This document shows, in pieces, positions 12,461 to 26,846 of a stretch of DNA of 64,000 nucleotides. Positions within the stretch are counted from its first letter, which is position 1. Each line of letters opens with the position of its first letter. The DNA is from Camelus ferus. Lineage: Eukaryota. The notes under the pieces were generated by a model. That model worked only from the letters and a program-made list of their open reading frames with translations, did no database searches and was not told the origin of the DNA. The stretch is taken from the NCBI RefSeq assembly GCF_009834535.1, contig NC_045696.1, forward strand, positions 36,892,001 through 36,956,000, written 5' to 3'. Both the position numbers and the translations under genes were made by a program.

Positions 12461-14577
12461 GCCAATAGTGATAATTCAATGAAGTCAAATGTTATCAATT
12501 AATTAACATAGTAACATGGTTGGTTTGTAATCTTTGTGCAGAAAGTCACCAGAGTGGTGTTAAAAGAGCTAAACATTTCTGTATTTAACTTACTCTCTTG
12601 AAACCTGCATTGGTAGCAGCTACTTCTCCTGCTTAGGGGAATTGGTCTCGGTCCAAAAAATTATTAGACACGAACTCATTTCTGAAATTACTCGAATTAA
12701 ATTCTTAGGCTATGTATCTTTTTTAGTCTGCCTCATGATGGAAATGTATGCCTTGCTTAAAGCCTTTTATTGTCTTTAGTCACTCAAAGAACTGCTAAGG
12801 TGATAAGAGTTGATTTAATAAAATAATTCACATTTCAGCAGAAGTTATGAGGTGCAAAATTGATTAAGAAAGTTCCTTTGGAATATATTCTTGTGGGCCT
12901 TCAAATTTCACTACATCTACTGCTAATTAATCTAAGAAAGTGAAGAATCAGTACTAAGATGTTCATAACACTCTGAGCAAGCAAGTGTTAAAGATGTTTG
13001 CTTTTAAATTAAATGTAATCCGTGACATGTCATTTCATTTCCTGAAACTGACTCATCTCCATACTATAATGTCAACTATGGTTTTTCTTCCAGATAACAA
13101 TCTATAATTTGAAATTATAAATGTTAGGTATGAATAGTTATTTGCTGTATTTTCTATAAAGGTTACATTTATTAAAATTTATTCTCCACATGACAGTGGT
13201 ACTGGGTGATGATTGGAGGGGAAAGAAAAACGTTTCAACGTTTGTATTTGTGACAAGACATTGAAAGTAGTCATATTCCTTATTTTAAAATATCCAGTCT
13301 TCTTGGGGATAGTAAAAAAAATTATACTTTTTTCAATTGTAAAATATGTCTTTAAATTTCTTGTATAAATTCACGAGTAAAGTAACTATTTTATAGTAAG
13401 CTCCAACATTTTAACAGAAGCAAAGGACATTTAAGATAAAATAAAACAGGAGCTGAGATCATGGCTCTGATTTCAGTATGACTGGCATTCCCTTTTATTT
13501 GCCCCAGCATGTCTTTTTCACACCTGGTATTATTTGTCTACTTCCTTAGTTATGAAACCAGGTGAGAGAGCAAATACACAAGCATATTTGTACTGATCAA
13601 ACAGTTCAGGCTAGGTGTTTTCAGCAGAAGGGTTTTGGTAACTAGCTCCTTAGGTCACTGCAATAAAATATAAGGATTCTGGATGAAAAAGATTTTTTGA
13701 AGAGTTGGAGAAAAGATAAAATCTTCAGAGATTTTGAAAGGAGCCAAAAAAACCAGCCATCAGGGTCTTCGTCACAGTGATTTTGCTTTCCTAATTATTC
13801 TTACTTCTCACTCATTCCTCCCATCCACTCCTCCCCCATTTTGTTCCCCTTAGTCTTTGCCTATGAATCATTTCATATTCAATCTCTATTTTGAATTTTC
13901 CACTTGACCCAAACTTTCTGCTAATTAAATATTATTAGGGCTGATTAAAAATACTCAGAGCCAACAGCTACCATTCCTTGATTAAAAAATTAACAATTTT
14001 TCTAAATTGTTTCATTTACAAGCACAGGAAGTGTATTTCACCTGAGAGTAAATTTAGTAACAGAAAGGAATCAATAAACTGTCCCCAAAGAAATGTTAGA
14101 ACCTTCTTATTTATGTTCTTTATTTAATTTTTCCAATGAGAATATTTTGTAACTCACCTCTTAGCGCTGAGGTAACCTCAGACTTTTTGGTACTAAGGCC
14201 AACTCTGAGCTTTCAGTAAAAATTTCAATTAATCTATACTTTAAACGTGATAGTCCCTTAGACTCAGGCCGGGCACAGATCTGTAGCTTCACTCAGTTCT
14301 GAGGCTGCACACAGAGGTGTTGAGGGGGTTTTGATTTCAATGGAAACCTTGGGATAGTTGTCTGGAAATAAGTGAAATCACTGGTAGGCATTCAAGGCAC
14401 TATTAAAATAGAAGGAATGTCTTGTATTCTATTCCTCTTGAGGTGTATCTTTGTCAGAATGAGAACTAAAAAACTTTGTTAATCCTCCCCCACAAATGGT
14501 GCTCACAAAAGGTTTGTAATGCAGGAAACTGCGCACATTAAACCGAAGTTTCTGGCACCATCAAAGTAAAAATGGTA

Positions 14578-14671
14578 TGGATTACCCTTGACTTACAATG
14601 CGGTTAGATCCTGATAAACCCATCATAAGCTGAATGTGGTAAGGGGATCTTCACAAGTTGGAGACTGTCTG
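14578..14671. mobile_element. Short Tigger relic, MER47-like
   Basis: 'cttgacttacaatgcggttagatcctgataaacccatcataag' ... 'aagttggagactgtctg' resemble both MER47 ends. Confidence 0.6.
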
Positions 14672-14674
14672 AAC

Positions 14675-15247
14675 TGGACAAACTGAAACAGGCCAGGAAG
14701 AGATTATTCAAGGCCACTGCAAAGGGAAAGAAAGGTTGTAACTGAGTCTGAATTCAGCTCTGCTGAAACACAGTGCTGGAATGAGCTGTTTGAAGAGGAG
14801 GAGGTTAGGGAGGAAGTTGATCAATAGGGTATTTCCAGCACCTTGAGTTATTCCTGAGTTTGGAAACGATTTTTTTTCTGTGATTAGGCCATCTGCATTT
14901 GCTATCTGAAGTTTGGCTACTACCCTCCCACAGAAACTGCAAGATACAGCACTATCGTCCTTCACGGTTACATTGAAACTGACTATAACTCAATAAAATA
15001 AAATTTTAAAATAAAAATTTAAATAAAATAAAAAGACAGCTCCTAGGTCCTTGAGAAGGACACTCCTGGGCTGTGATGCTGGCAAGAAGCTTTCAAAAAT
15101 ATTTACATCTCAAAGGGATAGAGAATTTACAGTTACAAGTTTTCTAAAGTCAGTCCTCAAAGAAAAGGGAGGCCAGGGGCCCAGAGCCAGGAGGAAGACT
15201 GTCTAAAGTTTAGTCAAGCTGAAGGTAAATTAAAGCCTTCTTGGTAA
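14675..15247 (-). mobile_element. ERV1 solo LTR, MER31/MER67-like
   Basis: Reverse-complement similarity to 11334-11818 ('tttacatctcaaagg', 'ctgtctaaagtttagtcaagctgaaggtaaattaaagccttcttggt'). Confidence 0.7.
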
Positions 15248-16420
15248 GTACACTGAAATACTAAAGGGCATACAAAACCATGAAGATGTATGAGGATCTA
15301 TTACTCCTCTGGAGACAACATCAGAAAAGGTAGTAAGTCTTCTCATAAACTATCCCTTTTGGCAACCACTGTCACACCATCCTGGGCTAAATCTGGTTCT
15401 CTAGGAAGATTCCTTTGTTGAACTGAAATTCTGTGGCTTTATTTAGGACACATCTCAGCTTTGCAGTTTAGAATAGAGGTTAGAGCCACTTAGGAGTCAA
15501 AATGCAATGGCTCAATTACAAAGGCTGGTAGGACCGTTGATGTCAGTTGGCATCAAGATAACCAGAAGCTTTGAAATCAACCAAAAATCTTTTAGATCTT
15601 TTTGTTATTCCACTGTATGCATGTTTAAGTATAAAAAGCCACCTTATATTCTGTTTCAAACAAAAGGCACTTTATGCAACTTAATATATTTAAGCGTTTT
15701 AAAGGTAGTTCACAAAAAAACGGATTGCTAACAGTTTGTCCTTACTTGAATTGAGAGGCAAATTGCATTTATCCTTCAAAAGTCTTATATATGTTTAGTT
15801 AGTTTTTATGAAAAAGGGGGGATTATATATTACTTTTGCTTAACTATGATCCCTTTGGTTAAGTATCATCCTCATGTAAACATAGCTTTAGAGACAGTTT
15901 GGAGAAAGGATGGAGACACACCTAATTGTTATTTTGACTTGAAACCTCTTTAAACCAAGTGAAGTGGAATAATGTAATTCTTTATTTATATTCTTTGGGT
16001 GCAAAGTGATAAATCCTCCAAGATTAAATTCAGAAAATACAAGGAATCAAGATTTCATTTCAAAGAAATAAATGCAAAGCACAGGTTTACAATAGCAACC
16101 ATAGGATTTGAGAGAAAACTCTGGGTAAAATTATCTTTTTTTTTAAAAAAGAGGCTAAAATAATTCAAAGAAATAGTTTTAAATAGTGCAGAATTCAGAT
16201 ACGACTATAATTAAAATCATCTAAAATTCACCACCTGAACCAACAAAAACATAGTAAGAACATTTCAAAGATACATCTGAGAGATTGCAATTAACTTTCT
16301 TTCAAAATTTCAGATCTGAGGGAGAGAATAGATATATGAATTATGATCTAATTTTTGGAACTTTTTCTTCAAGTTCTTTCCATTTAGCCAACTGGCAACA
16401 TTCTAATCCTATAGCATAGT

Positions 16421-16440
16421 AAAAAAAAAAAAAAAAAAAA
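16421..16440 (+). repeat. Poly(A) mononucleotide run, 20 nt
   Basis: Seen directly. Confidence 0.95.
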
Positions 16441-16904
16441 GAACTTGTTATTTTTATTACTCTCAGAGCAAACTCCTTTGGTAAAATATTGTTAAATATT
16501 TGGTAGTTTCATATCTGCCTAATTCTAAAATATTGGAAACTCTCTTCTGAATCATGTTTATAATGCCCAAAATGATATTATTATATAGGCAAGATAATTT
16601 ACAGAAAAAGCTGGTAGTCCAAATAACTAGAGTGAAAACATAAACTCCAGTCTAGCTACAGGTAAAGGTCTTTGTGGTTAGAGTTGTAGTCAGGGTTGTA
16701 ATGTGAGCTAGGTGTCCAGTTAAAGAAAGGCAGGGCCAGTCTGTGTCTGTGTGGATCTTGAGTTCAGCAGTATGACTGACTGGAGAGGAAAAGTTTGGCT
16801 TTAGCAGAGTTAGCCTTTGCTCAAGAAACACAGGGGAAAGAGTTGCTTCTGTGAAGAAGTTGTACAATATAAGCAGGACTTTTTCTAGAGGCTTTAAGGC
16901 ATTT

Positions 16905-17278
16905 GTATAGTTTCCTATTTCTGCTGTAACAAATTAGCACAAATATAGGGGCTTAAAACAATGTGCATGTATTATTTCACAGTTCTGGAGGTCTGCATTC
17001 CTTTCTGGATAGCAGTGGTCGTTCGGGTCTCCCACACTCTGACACTCACTCTTGGGTCTTCCTCTTTCACATTGTAGAATCCTTGTGATTACACTGGACC
17101 CACCTGGATAATCCAGGATAATCTTTTTCAAGGTCATCTGATTAGCAACCATCTGAAACCTAATTAATTCCTAATTTTTTCTTGCCGTGTAATGTACATA
17201 TGCACAGGTTCTGGACTTTAGGATATTAACATATTTGGGGGTCTGGTGATGGGCACATTATTCCTCCTATTCTCCACA
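16905..17278 (-). mobile_element. MaLR LTR MLT1C/D-like, internally deleted
   Basis: 'tttcctatttctgctgtaacaaattagcacaaa...ggcttaaaaca', 'ccttgtgattacactggacccacctggataatccaggataatct'. Confidence 0.8.
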
Positions 17279-17959
17279 GGTTCTTAAGTAGTCCTCACCT
17301 TGAGTGAACACTTCCTGTTTTTAAAGGGATTGGAGAAAATATAACAGTTTAAGTTTTCTTTAGGAAATGATTACTTCCTAACTGAACAGCACTGGGAGTA
17401 GATGTGGGAGGTATTCTTAGGGTTGTCCAAGTTGGGAATCATTCTCTTCTTGCTAAAAAGATGGATTAATTAGGTTAGCTCCATTGATATAGGTGAAGAA
17501 TGACTGTCTCCAGTCCAGATGGTCTGGTGGGACAGTGGTGGTGGGTGTTGTGTGTGGTGGGCAGTTACTGTTCACATTACAAAATATTAGTCTTCATTGC
17601 CTGTGATTTTGTTCTGCTTTGAGATGTTACTGGAAGTTCCCAGGAACTTGAATCCTGATAGTGTAAATATTCATAATCCATATACCTTTATCATTAATTT
17701 CTGCCCCTTCTACATTTCTTCTTTCCTCACCTTAAGGATTCCGTGTGTATCCCATACAGATGCATTTCTGATATTTTTCCCACGCTCTATTATTTTTGGA
17801 TAGTTGCTAAACAAAATGGAAACAAACATGAATGCATAAAGCCTTAAACAACAACAACAAAAAAGCCCAAGGGATTGCCACAGCTATTAAAAACAAGAGA
17901 TATCCTACTAAAAACATTATCTCTTAAAGGATGCTTTAAATATCTTCCTTTAATTTCTT

Positions 17960-18070
17960 TGTTTTCTAAATAAGAAAATTGAGGCCCTGTTAAATGTCAT
18001 GTCCCAGTTCACATGGCAAAGTAGGAGCTAAATCAGACTTCGAACTCGGTGTTCTTTATTACATGCAGCA
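17960..18070. mobile_element. MIR fragment
   Basis: 'aaataagaaaattgaggccc...gtcccagttcacatggcaaagtaggagc...cttcgaactc'. Confidence 0.6.
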
Positions 18071-21000
18071 CTCACTTGACAATTTATCAAATATGGTACA
18101 GTCTAAAATAAAAATGGGCATGGGAAGAAGTGTTGCAAAAGCCTCTGTTGTTCAGTGTCGTTTCACAACAGTCAGTGGTATTCCAGCAACACTGTTCCAA
18201 ATTTGATGAACACCGTATAAATCTGTTTGTACTTGATAAATATTACCATTTTGAAATGATTCCTTTAATGGTATTTTCACAAGCTGTTAATGGTTGTGGT
18301 TGAAAGAGCCTACCCCCCCATAGTCTGATGTGTCATAATTCATACTATAGTCACTGTTTTTTCTTCCAGGTTGATGGCCTCTTGTTGACTTTAAGTATAG
18401 CCTGCATGCTTTTTCTAACCTTACATTTAATATATCACACGGCATGATATGATTACACAATAATGAAAGCCTGCGGTCACAAATGCCACTTCTATAATTA
18501 CATAACCTGCTATCCTTCCTTCAGAGAAAAGCTATAGGCACAGAAACAGTTGAGCATTTGTAAGACATGCGGCACATGCTCTTCTCTCACATTATTTATG
18601 TGACACCAAAGATGGAATTTATGAAACTGGATTTGCAGAATAAAAAATGGAAGGTGGAAGTTTACTGAACATGTAGCTTTCCCGAAAATGTTGATTTACT
18701 CCTAATAAAAAAGATAATGGAGTAAAATAATGACATTCTGGCTTGACAAGGACTTAACTCCAAAATGAATCAATACATGCATGTTTGTTATTTGGCATAT
18801 AGATTACGAATTACTTACATAAAACGTAATAATGATTTCTACCCCCTATAATAGTTACAGAGTACAGTTTTATCAGATCTCATTGTCACAACTGTATAAT
18901 AGCAAATACTTGTGTGGAGAAGATTATCACTATTTCACCACCCTTACTTAAAAATTACTTTTTTCTTATTTTTGTTAGCATTTTCTCCCATGCACATATT
19001 GTCACAGTTATTTAGTGATATTAAACATAATTCTTATTATGTTTCTAAAAAGACTTTACATATCTAAATCTCTCTCTGGTGGCTATTCCATAATTTACTA
19101 AACCATTTCCCACTGATTACACATTTAGTTAATCTCTAATTTTTGCTTTTATAAATAATTCGATGTTGAATATTTGCATTACAGAAACTTGTCCTTTTAT
19201 ATAAATAATTAATTTCTTATGATGGATTGTCAGCAAGTAGATTTCTAAGTAAAAGAGCATGATATTTCTAGTGCTTTTTGATTCAGGTTTAGGTGTTGAT
19301 TTTTTGTTAGTGTTTAAGATAACAAGTCACACCCCACAACCTGTTACTCATGATTGAAAATTAGGGTAACACTAACCTTTAAAAAGAAAAAAATGTTTGC
19401 AGCTTTTTCTTTTAAACTCTAAGACCAAAAACATAATATTTAGGAATTGTGAGGCTAACTATAGGAACTGAACATAGAGAGATGTATCATCTGGTCCACA
19501 TGTAATCAGAGTTGATTTATTTTTGACTTTATGAGCAATATGTGTTTTATGTCACAAGAATTTCTTTTGTATAATATAATGAAAAGATCATTACAGGTAT
19601 ACTATGAAGAATGCTTAGAATGAAATGACTGAAGAATTACAAAGACTTGTTAAATATTAGACCAATTATCAAGATCTTAAAAGCTAATGCTAATTTTAGT
19701 AAGTTGATGAAATAAAGCAGTATGATACCTGATCCCTCCACTGCTAGAAAAATCATGAGGAATTAGTCATCTTTTACATGTCCCGGGAAAACCAGGATAT
19801 ATTTTCATAGTGTCTTGCATGATTCTGGGATTAACATCTGAAGACATTTTTTCATAGTGGATAAATTTGTTGTATGTTTTTTCTTTCTCATTTTTCATCC
19901 CAATTTTGAGGCCTGATCATCACAGTAGGTTAAATAGATCCACATAAAATCTCCATGGGAACTAGTAATACTGTGTGACTACATTTGTCTCTAATTTTAT
20001 TTAGCTAATTTCCTTAACACCTACTTCTTTCCACTGAATAAATTACAAGTCCTCTCTGGAGCCATTAGACAAGCCTTGGAACAAAAGATGGATTTTTATA
20101 AATACCATCAATAAGCTAGCCTACGTCGATTTTATCTTTTTATTTAAATCGAGAGCTACTGGGCTAATTACCTATCTATTTACATGTCTATGTTCTGCTT
20201 GTTCCAAGAGGTTTTGAAGTGGCTTTCTGTTATTTATTGACAATGCCAAGAAAGTTTTCTAGCTCACTTGAAATATTCAATTCTCCCAGAGGAAGTAAAA
20301 GTAAGTCTTAAGATCATGAGGGTGAAAATGTAAGGATGCCCCGAAGATTCAACTCATTTCCTCTTTGCTTGTCCATTCCTCTTTCTTGGACATTTATCAT
20401 TATCAGGTTTTGTATTAATGGTACAAGAATACTTAATCATTTTGGCACTACTTATTTAGACTAAATCCAGATCATATCAATCTGAAAATGTATCAGTTTT
20501 ACATAGTGCAGGGAAAGAACGTTTCAAGTTTCTTTTTGCATGTTTTTGTGTGTATATGAAGTTGAGTTGTCTACTCCTTTGGCCAAATCCCTAGGTCTTA
20601 TAGATTACAACTCTTAGCCTCTACCTTATATCTTTCAGCTTTTTTCTATCCATAATTCTCACAGCTTCTCCTACTCTCTCCTCTGCCTCTGGAAAACTAT
20701 TTTAAAGAATTTAAGCCTGAGAAGTATTTAAAGTCTATATTCTGGAAACTTTGGAGATAAAGGGAAAAGCTCATTTATGATGGGCAATCTGGGATGGAAG
20801 GGAGAAAATGGATGTCCTCAATATTTACTACTGAAAACCTATATTCATTAAAAAAATAACATCTTTTACATTTTGGCGGAACTATTTATTATGCATTTGG
20901 TTTTGTTGTATTCATGCATTGAATGGTATTCATGGCCCTTACTCACCCATGTACTTTGCTTTGTCTGTTTTCTGAAGTAGAAAGTCAAAGCTGTGCTAAA

Positions 21001-24000
21001 TATATTTTATTATAAATCCCAAAGAATGCTTTTTAGGAGGAAATGTCAGACATCATTTTTTTCTCATTTTAAAAGTTTGCCTATTTATTTCCTATCAAAA
21101 TTAAGTAACAATCAGGAATATGAAAGAATAGATATTAGAATCAGGACCAAATAGTTTACATGTAACTGTCTTACTATAAATACACCAAAAAAGAGTTTTT
21201 TAAAACTGTAAATGATTGTGAGCATACTCTTTTGCAAACTATATTTTGAGTAAGAATGAACTTTTGCCTTATCATTTTTAATTTGTGTACTAATAGTAAT
21301 TTTACTTTGTGCATTTTGATTATTAATATTATTTTCAAAATATTAAGTGATACAATTTAAAATATTCTTCAAGTAAACATTAATCTTTTTACTGAACTTA
21401 TCATTGTTAGTGCCATTTTGCTCTTTGGCTTTTTATATCCAGGTGCCTCAGGCATGCAGATTGTTACCTAGTAAGAGACTTATAATCCTGTGTTTCTTTT
21501 AGAGTTCAGGAATAGTGCTGACCATATGTGAGTCCACAAATTGGACTGACTGATGGGTTTTTCATATAAGCTTATATTATAAGAGTTTACACAATGAATG
21601 TGTATACTGTTTATATAATTCTCATCTATTCACTAAGGATCGTGCATTATAAATCCAAACACTTGTAGTAATGTTTGGAGTCTCTTCAGGTACTGATTTG
21701 CAATTATATACTGAGGAAACAGTTTATTATCCAAGTATCCTGTTTAATTATATGAGACTGTTGCATTGTCATAGATGGGAAATGGTTCAGTCTGAGACTA
21801 GACAAATCTGTGTTCAAATCTCAACTCTGTGGGTTGTCTTTTTATTTTCTTGATTGTGTCTTTTGGAACACAGATGTCTTTGTTATAGTCTTACGATTTA
21901 AATATATATCTCTGAATGGTATAGTTTTGCCTTTTGAAATGTATACAAATAGAAATTTTGTATTTGGCTTTCTTTTGTTCAACATTATAATTTTTTTCTT
22001 TTTTATTAATTGAGAAGTAACTTACATACCATTAAATTAATCCTTGTAAAGTGTACATTTCAGTTAAAAAAGAAGTCTAATTGAAAAAAAATTTCAACCC
22101 TACCCCAACTCACTCTATAATTTCATATAAATTGTATTACATCTTTTTAGCCTTTTATTTCTCATTTATACAATAGTAGAATGACCAGTTTATGGCCTGT
22201 TTAAGGGTTAAGTAAAATAATTATCAGTGATTAGGTTCTTTTTTCCACATTTGAATATAATGCTTATCATTTCCCATACCACAAACCAGATTAAGTCAGA
22301 TAGTACTTTCTAAGTGGAGGTTTTCTGATCTAGAAGCTCTTCTGTGTAGAACTGGGTAGCATCAGTCTTTTATTCCCCAAGAGTTTCATCCTGTTTTTTT
22401 TCCACAAGGAGACTATATTGCCTCAGTGAGTGGAAAAAGTCACTGCACATAAAACACTCTTTGGCCAAGGGTTGTGTTTTCCTAGAAATGCTACTATCAA
22501 TTGATCCATCATCATTAGCTCCATAATGACCAGCATTGATTACAGCTCTCGGTTTAGTTCTACAAGGATTCAGGTGGTATCAAACTTCCTTCTTAGTTAA
22601 AGTATTTGAATTTCCCACATCTTCACCAGGGATTTGGTTCCAATGAAAATATACTATAACAGAATGCTGTTGATATATAGCATTAAGCACTTGGAATAGA
22701 TCTGAGCACAAGGCTAGACATGTATTGTTTGTGGAAAAAATAGAAAACTGCGGTCATTAAAAAGTGAAGTCAAGGTGCCTTTGCCTTTGTATAATTAAAA
22801 TGACTGATTCTAAGACCCTTCAAAAACAGGAAATAAAATATTTTCTAGACCCCTTCATAAAGTAAATTTGAATGCCTTTACACCAGTAATTGGAACTGTG
22901 GCTGAAATAAAAAAAGCTGGTTCCGTTTGTGGACTATTGACTGTGTTACTGAATCTGAACTAATCCACTGATCAAAATGAAGGCAAATAAATTCTGTATT
23001 TAAAAAATAGTGGTGGCGGTGTCGGTGAAGGCATTTGCTAGACAACAGCAGCAGCCTTGATTCACATGGCAGAAGCAGGCACTGTATATTTGTAACTGAG
23101 TTTCAGGCCAGGTCCTGAAAGCCTATTTCAAATAAAGACTGTGTTATTAGATGACTCCTTGATAGAAATTCTACCTGAAGCTTTGGGTCACAACTGGACA
23201 GGTTTATATTTTGACAGGTAACATATGATCCAACTAAACACATAGTCCTGACTCAGACTAGAAATAATACTTTTGTTTTTTTGTGCTGTCTGTAACAAAA
23301 TGAATTTGATAAGGGAATCGGAGGAGACTGCATTGACATCACTTCACTTTTTTAAACAATCTCTTTTCATCTAATCTTTTGACGGTCTAGTGTCTCAAAA
23401 ATTTTGTTTGCTGTCTGCTTTTCATAGTGACCCTCAGCTAACATTCAGAGACTTTTTCCCCCACTATACGTGTTAGGAAAACTCTAAGTTAACATACATA
23501 TAAGTTTTGGGCTAAGCTAATCTTCAGTTTAAACTGAATTATTAAAATTGTGATGGAGTGCACTGTTTTCCAATACCTATCATTTAAGAGCCTTTTAGTG
23601 AGACTTAACAGGAGATTGAGGAACTACTTGATGTGGATTAACAAGGTCTGAAATTTTCTTTGCTGTGAAATTTCTTTCCCACAAACTTTAAAAAGATAAA
23701 GTTGATTGATTTATCCATAATATGAATTTATTAATTAGATCCATTTTCTCTAAACAGCTATCTGAGACTAATAGTCCAAATGGGACATTTGTTGTGATTG
23801 GTGGTGTGTGGAGATGTGTGTGGAGCTCTGACTGGGTGGAGATGTGGGCATTTTTATACCAGCTGATGCAGCCTTACCTGGTAATGGAAGGCAGAGATTT
23901 CTGTCATTCAGGGACTCTGAGACTGTGACAGTAGTCCACATTTCCCCTCTCCTGGGGCACTACCACTAGCAAGAAGGAACTGGAAGGGAGAATAGAGCAT

Positions 24001-26329
24001 TAGAAGAGTAGTCAGATCACCTTGTGAAAAAAGATGAAACTCTGTTCCAACTTTCAATTCAGATGAAGCGCTAAATACAATTACTCCAAGAATGAAGTTA
24101 CTGCTACCATCATTTACCTGATCAATTTCACTAAGATACTGGGTCTCAATAAATTTGGAGAGAGCAGAACCCATAGTATCATTAAAATAGCTGAAAAATA
24201 TAGACATAGATTTAAATACTGTACATATACACACACTTGCACACATATATGTGTTCATTTTCTGACCCAGACTCTTTAAACAGCATTCTTTAAAATAAAA
24301 TGTTCACCTTCCCTTTTCTATCAAATTATTCTCCCTGGTATTAAAAATTATCTTCTCTGAATCCAGTGTGAGTGTCTATCTAGAACCTCAATTTAGGTGA
24401 TTTATCCTTTGGTTGATTTCTCCCCCTCTGATCATTTCCCCCAGTTCCTTCCCTGGAAAATCATGATTCTATTTTCTCCTGAATTTAACCTTTGATTTTT
24501 ATCTGACCATTTGTGCCACTTTGGGCTGAGTATCTTTATTCTTCCTTTTATCAGTTACAACTATCTGCAGAACTGACTTTTTGATGACATCTCCTTTGTC
24601 CTTTAGGACTCAGCAGTGTATCAATAATAATTTAGACAACACCAGTCTTGTACCACATTGACTGTCTGACTGTATCCACAGGAAATGATTACCAGCACAG
24701 CTTCAGATAGGAGAGTTCTGTTAAATGGTGTCAAATATAAAATTTACTGATAATAACACAATGTTAATTACCCTTGTACATGGTATTATTTTGGATGTAG
24801 TTGCCAGTGCCATAAAAGTCAAAAAATAATCATCAGAGTAAGAAATCAGTATAACAACCAAAACTAGAATTCCATCAACATAAGTACAAGACAACACATT
24901 TAGCAACCAATAAAAACTAGACATCTGGATGAGAATATGCTGTTAGGTATACAATATATTATTGAAAACAAAAACAAAACAAAAACTTTGCCATGTTTTA
25001 GTTTCTGATATATTGTTCCTACTAGAAATGCCATTAAATGTACAGGAATCAAAATATTAAAAAATTAAGAAATTAAAAAACTCTACAGTATACATTGAGC
25101 TTCATGTGTAAATTAGCAATTTGCCTTTCTTAAAGATATTTGTATTTTCCAATATTTTAAGTCTCAGCTTTTAGATAATCTATGTAGAATTTGAAAAGAT
25201 TGTGTTGAAAATAACTTCATAAAGATTATTACTATTTATTTCTTGCTCAGCATGTTTTTAACTTTTACTTCAATTAATCTTGAAATTGTCCTCTTTAAAA
25301 TTGAACATTTCTTCATAACTATTCTACATGTCCCCACATGGTTTGAAGTAAAATTTGTTTTGTTTTCCAATAAATTAATACAATTTAAGAGGAAGCACTC
25401 CTGTTTTTATTATGGACACACTTTTTCATAACAACAAAAACTTTTTTTTTGCAAAACCTCTTTCATAGTATTAATTATTATATAGATCAGCCAAAAATCC
25501 ATAAATAACTTTTGAACATAAAACTTCCTTTCATTGAGTCGCATATTGAGAACTGTTAGAAGTAAAAACAGCTCTCAGTGCCTCTGTGACATTAGATAAG
25601 ACACTTAACTTTCCTAGGGCTTGAGTTCAATTCCCTAAAATCATAAAGCAAAACCAAATAATGTCTAAGATCTCATTTAACTGTGAGGCCTCATTTTCTT
25701 TTGTTGAATTGTCTGTTACCCTCAAAAACTTAATCTCACCTTTCCTCGTGACCTGTCCCATTTCTCTTTTACACTGTGCTGTTTTAGAAATTTCCTTTCC
25801 ATCTGCATGTAAATATTGCTGATTACCTAACATGTTACTATAGACTACCCGAAGCTAAGAGGCTCTTGGCTGTGTGTGTGTGAGAGAGACAGCATTTTTA
25901 CTTCCCCCCAAAGTTGAGTTCACCTTGGCATTAATTCTGAACAGGAGGTGTAGGCTGGTTTTACTCTAATCTATGCTCCGCTTCCAAGGAAAGCTAAAGT
26001 GAATGTGAAGTGGATTCAGAATGATTTGGCAGTAACAGCACGTTTGAAGAGACCCTGTGAAAGCAGCTGCCAAATCCCATGCGAGCTGAGCATTTTGACT
26101 AAAGCTGTGCTGTTGCTTCTGCTTGACTTCCAATCAGCTTAACGTTTAGTGATCGTGGAAGCTGAGAACACACCTTCAGTTCTGGGACAGCTGAGAGTTT
26201 TGATCAGCATAAAGAATTGTGTTCCTTCTTTTCCATATTATTCTCATTATTTGTGGAGTCCCTTCTCACTCAACCTAAATTCCCCTTTCACTTAATGCTA
26301 GTCTTGTGCTCTGTCAGTGCTGCAGTCTT

Positions 26330-26846
26330 TGTTACCAAGTCCAAACTCGTTCTGCTCGCTGCACGACAGGCCAGTAAATCCGGGATGAGGTGTTGGGGCA
26401 AGGAATAACGACTTTATTTGGAAAGCCGATGGACTAAGAAGATGGCAGACTAATGTCCTGGAGAACTATCTTCCCCACGTCAGAATTCAGGCTCCTTTTA
26501 TACTAAAAAGGGGAGGGAATGTGGCTGGTTGTTGCAAACTTCTTGGTGTTGGAATCCTTTGTTCTTGCAACAGTCCATGTATGTCAGGTCATGATGTTCC
26601 TATAAACCTCCAATAAGATGAATGTTATTTTCTATTTTGCAACTTTTTTCTTTATATGAATGGGAAAGTGTTATACCCTTAAAGGTCAAAGCCTTAAGAA
26701 TAGGCTGTCCTGTATATTTCAGGATATAGGCAACATTCTTTTACAAAAGGTGCAGAAATAGCATGACTAAGCCCAGGAAACAGAGGATAGGGTTAGAGCT
26801 AAAGGACAGATCTAACATGGAGTCAGATTTGTTCTTTCCTATTACA
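26330..26846 (-). mobile_element. ERV1-class solo LTR, 517 bp, with 4-bp TSD
   Basis: TG...CA ends (tgttacc...attaca); TSD TCTT at 26326-26329 and 26847-26850; tttatt (minus-strand AATAAA) at ~26413; ttttata (minus-strand TATA box) at ~26496. Confidence 0.88.
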
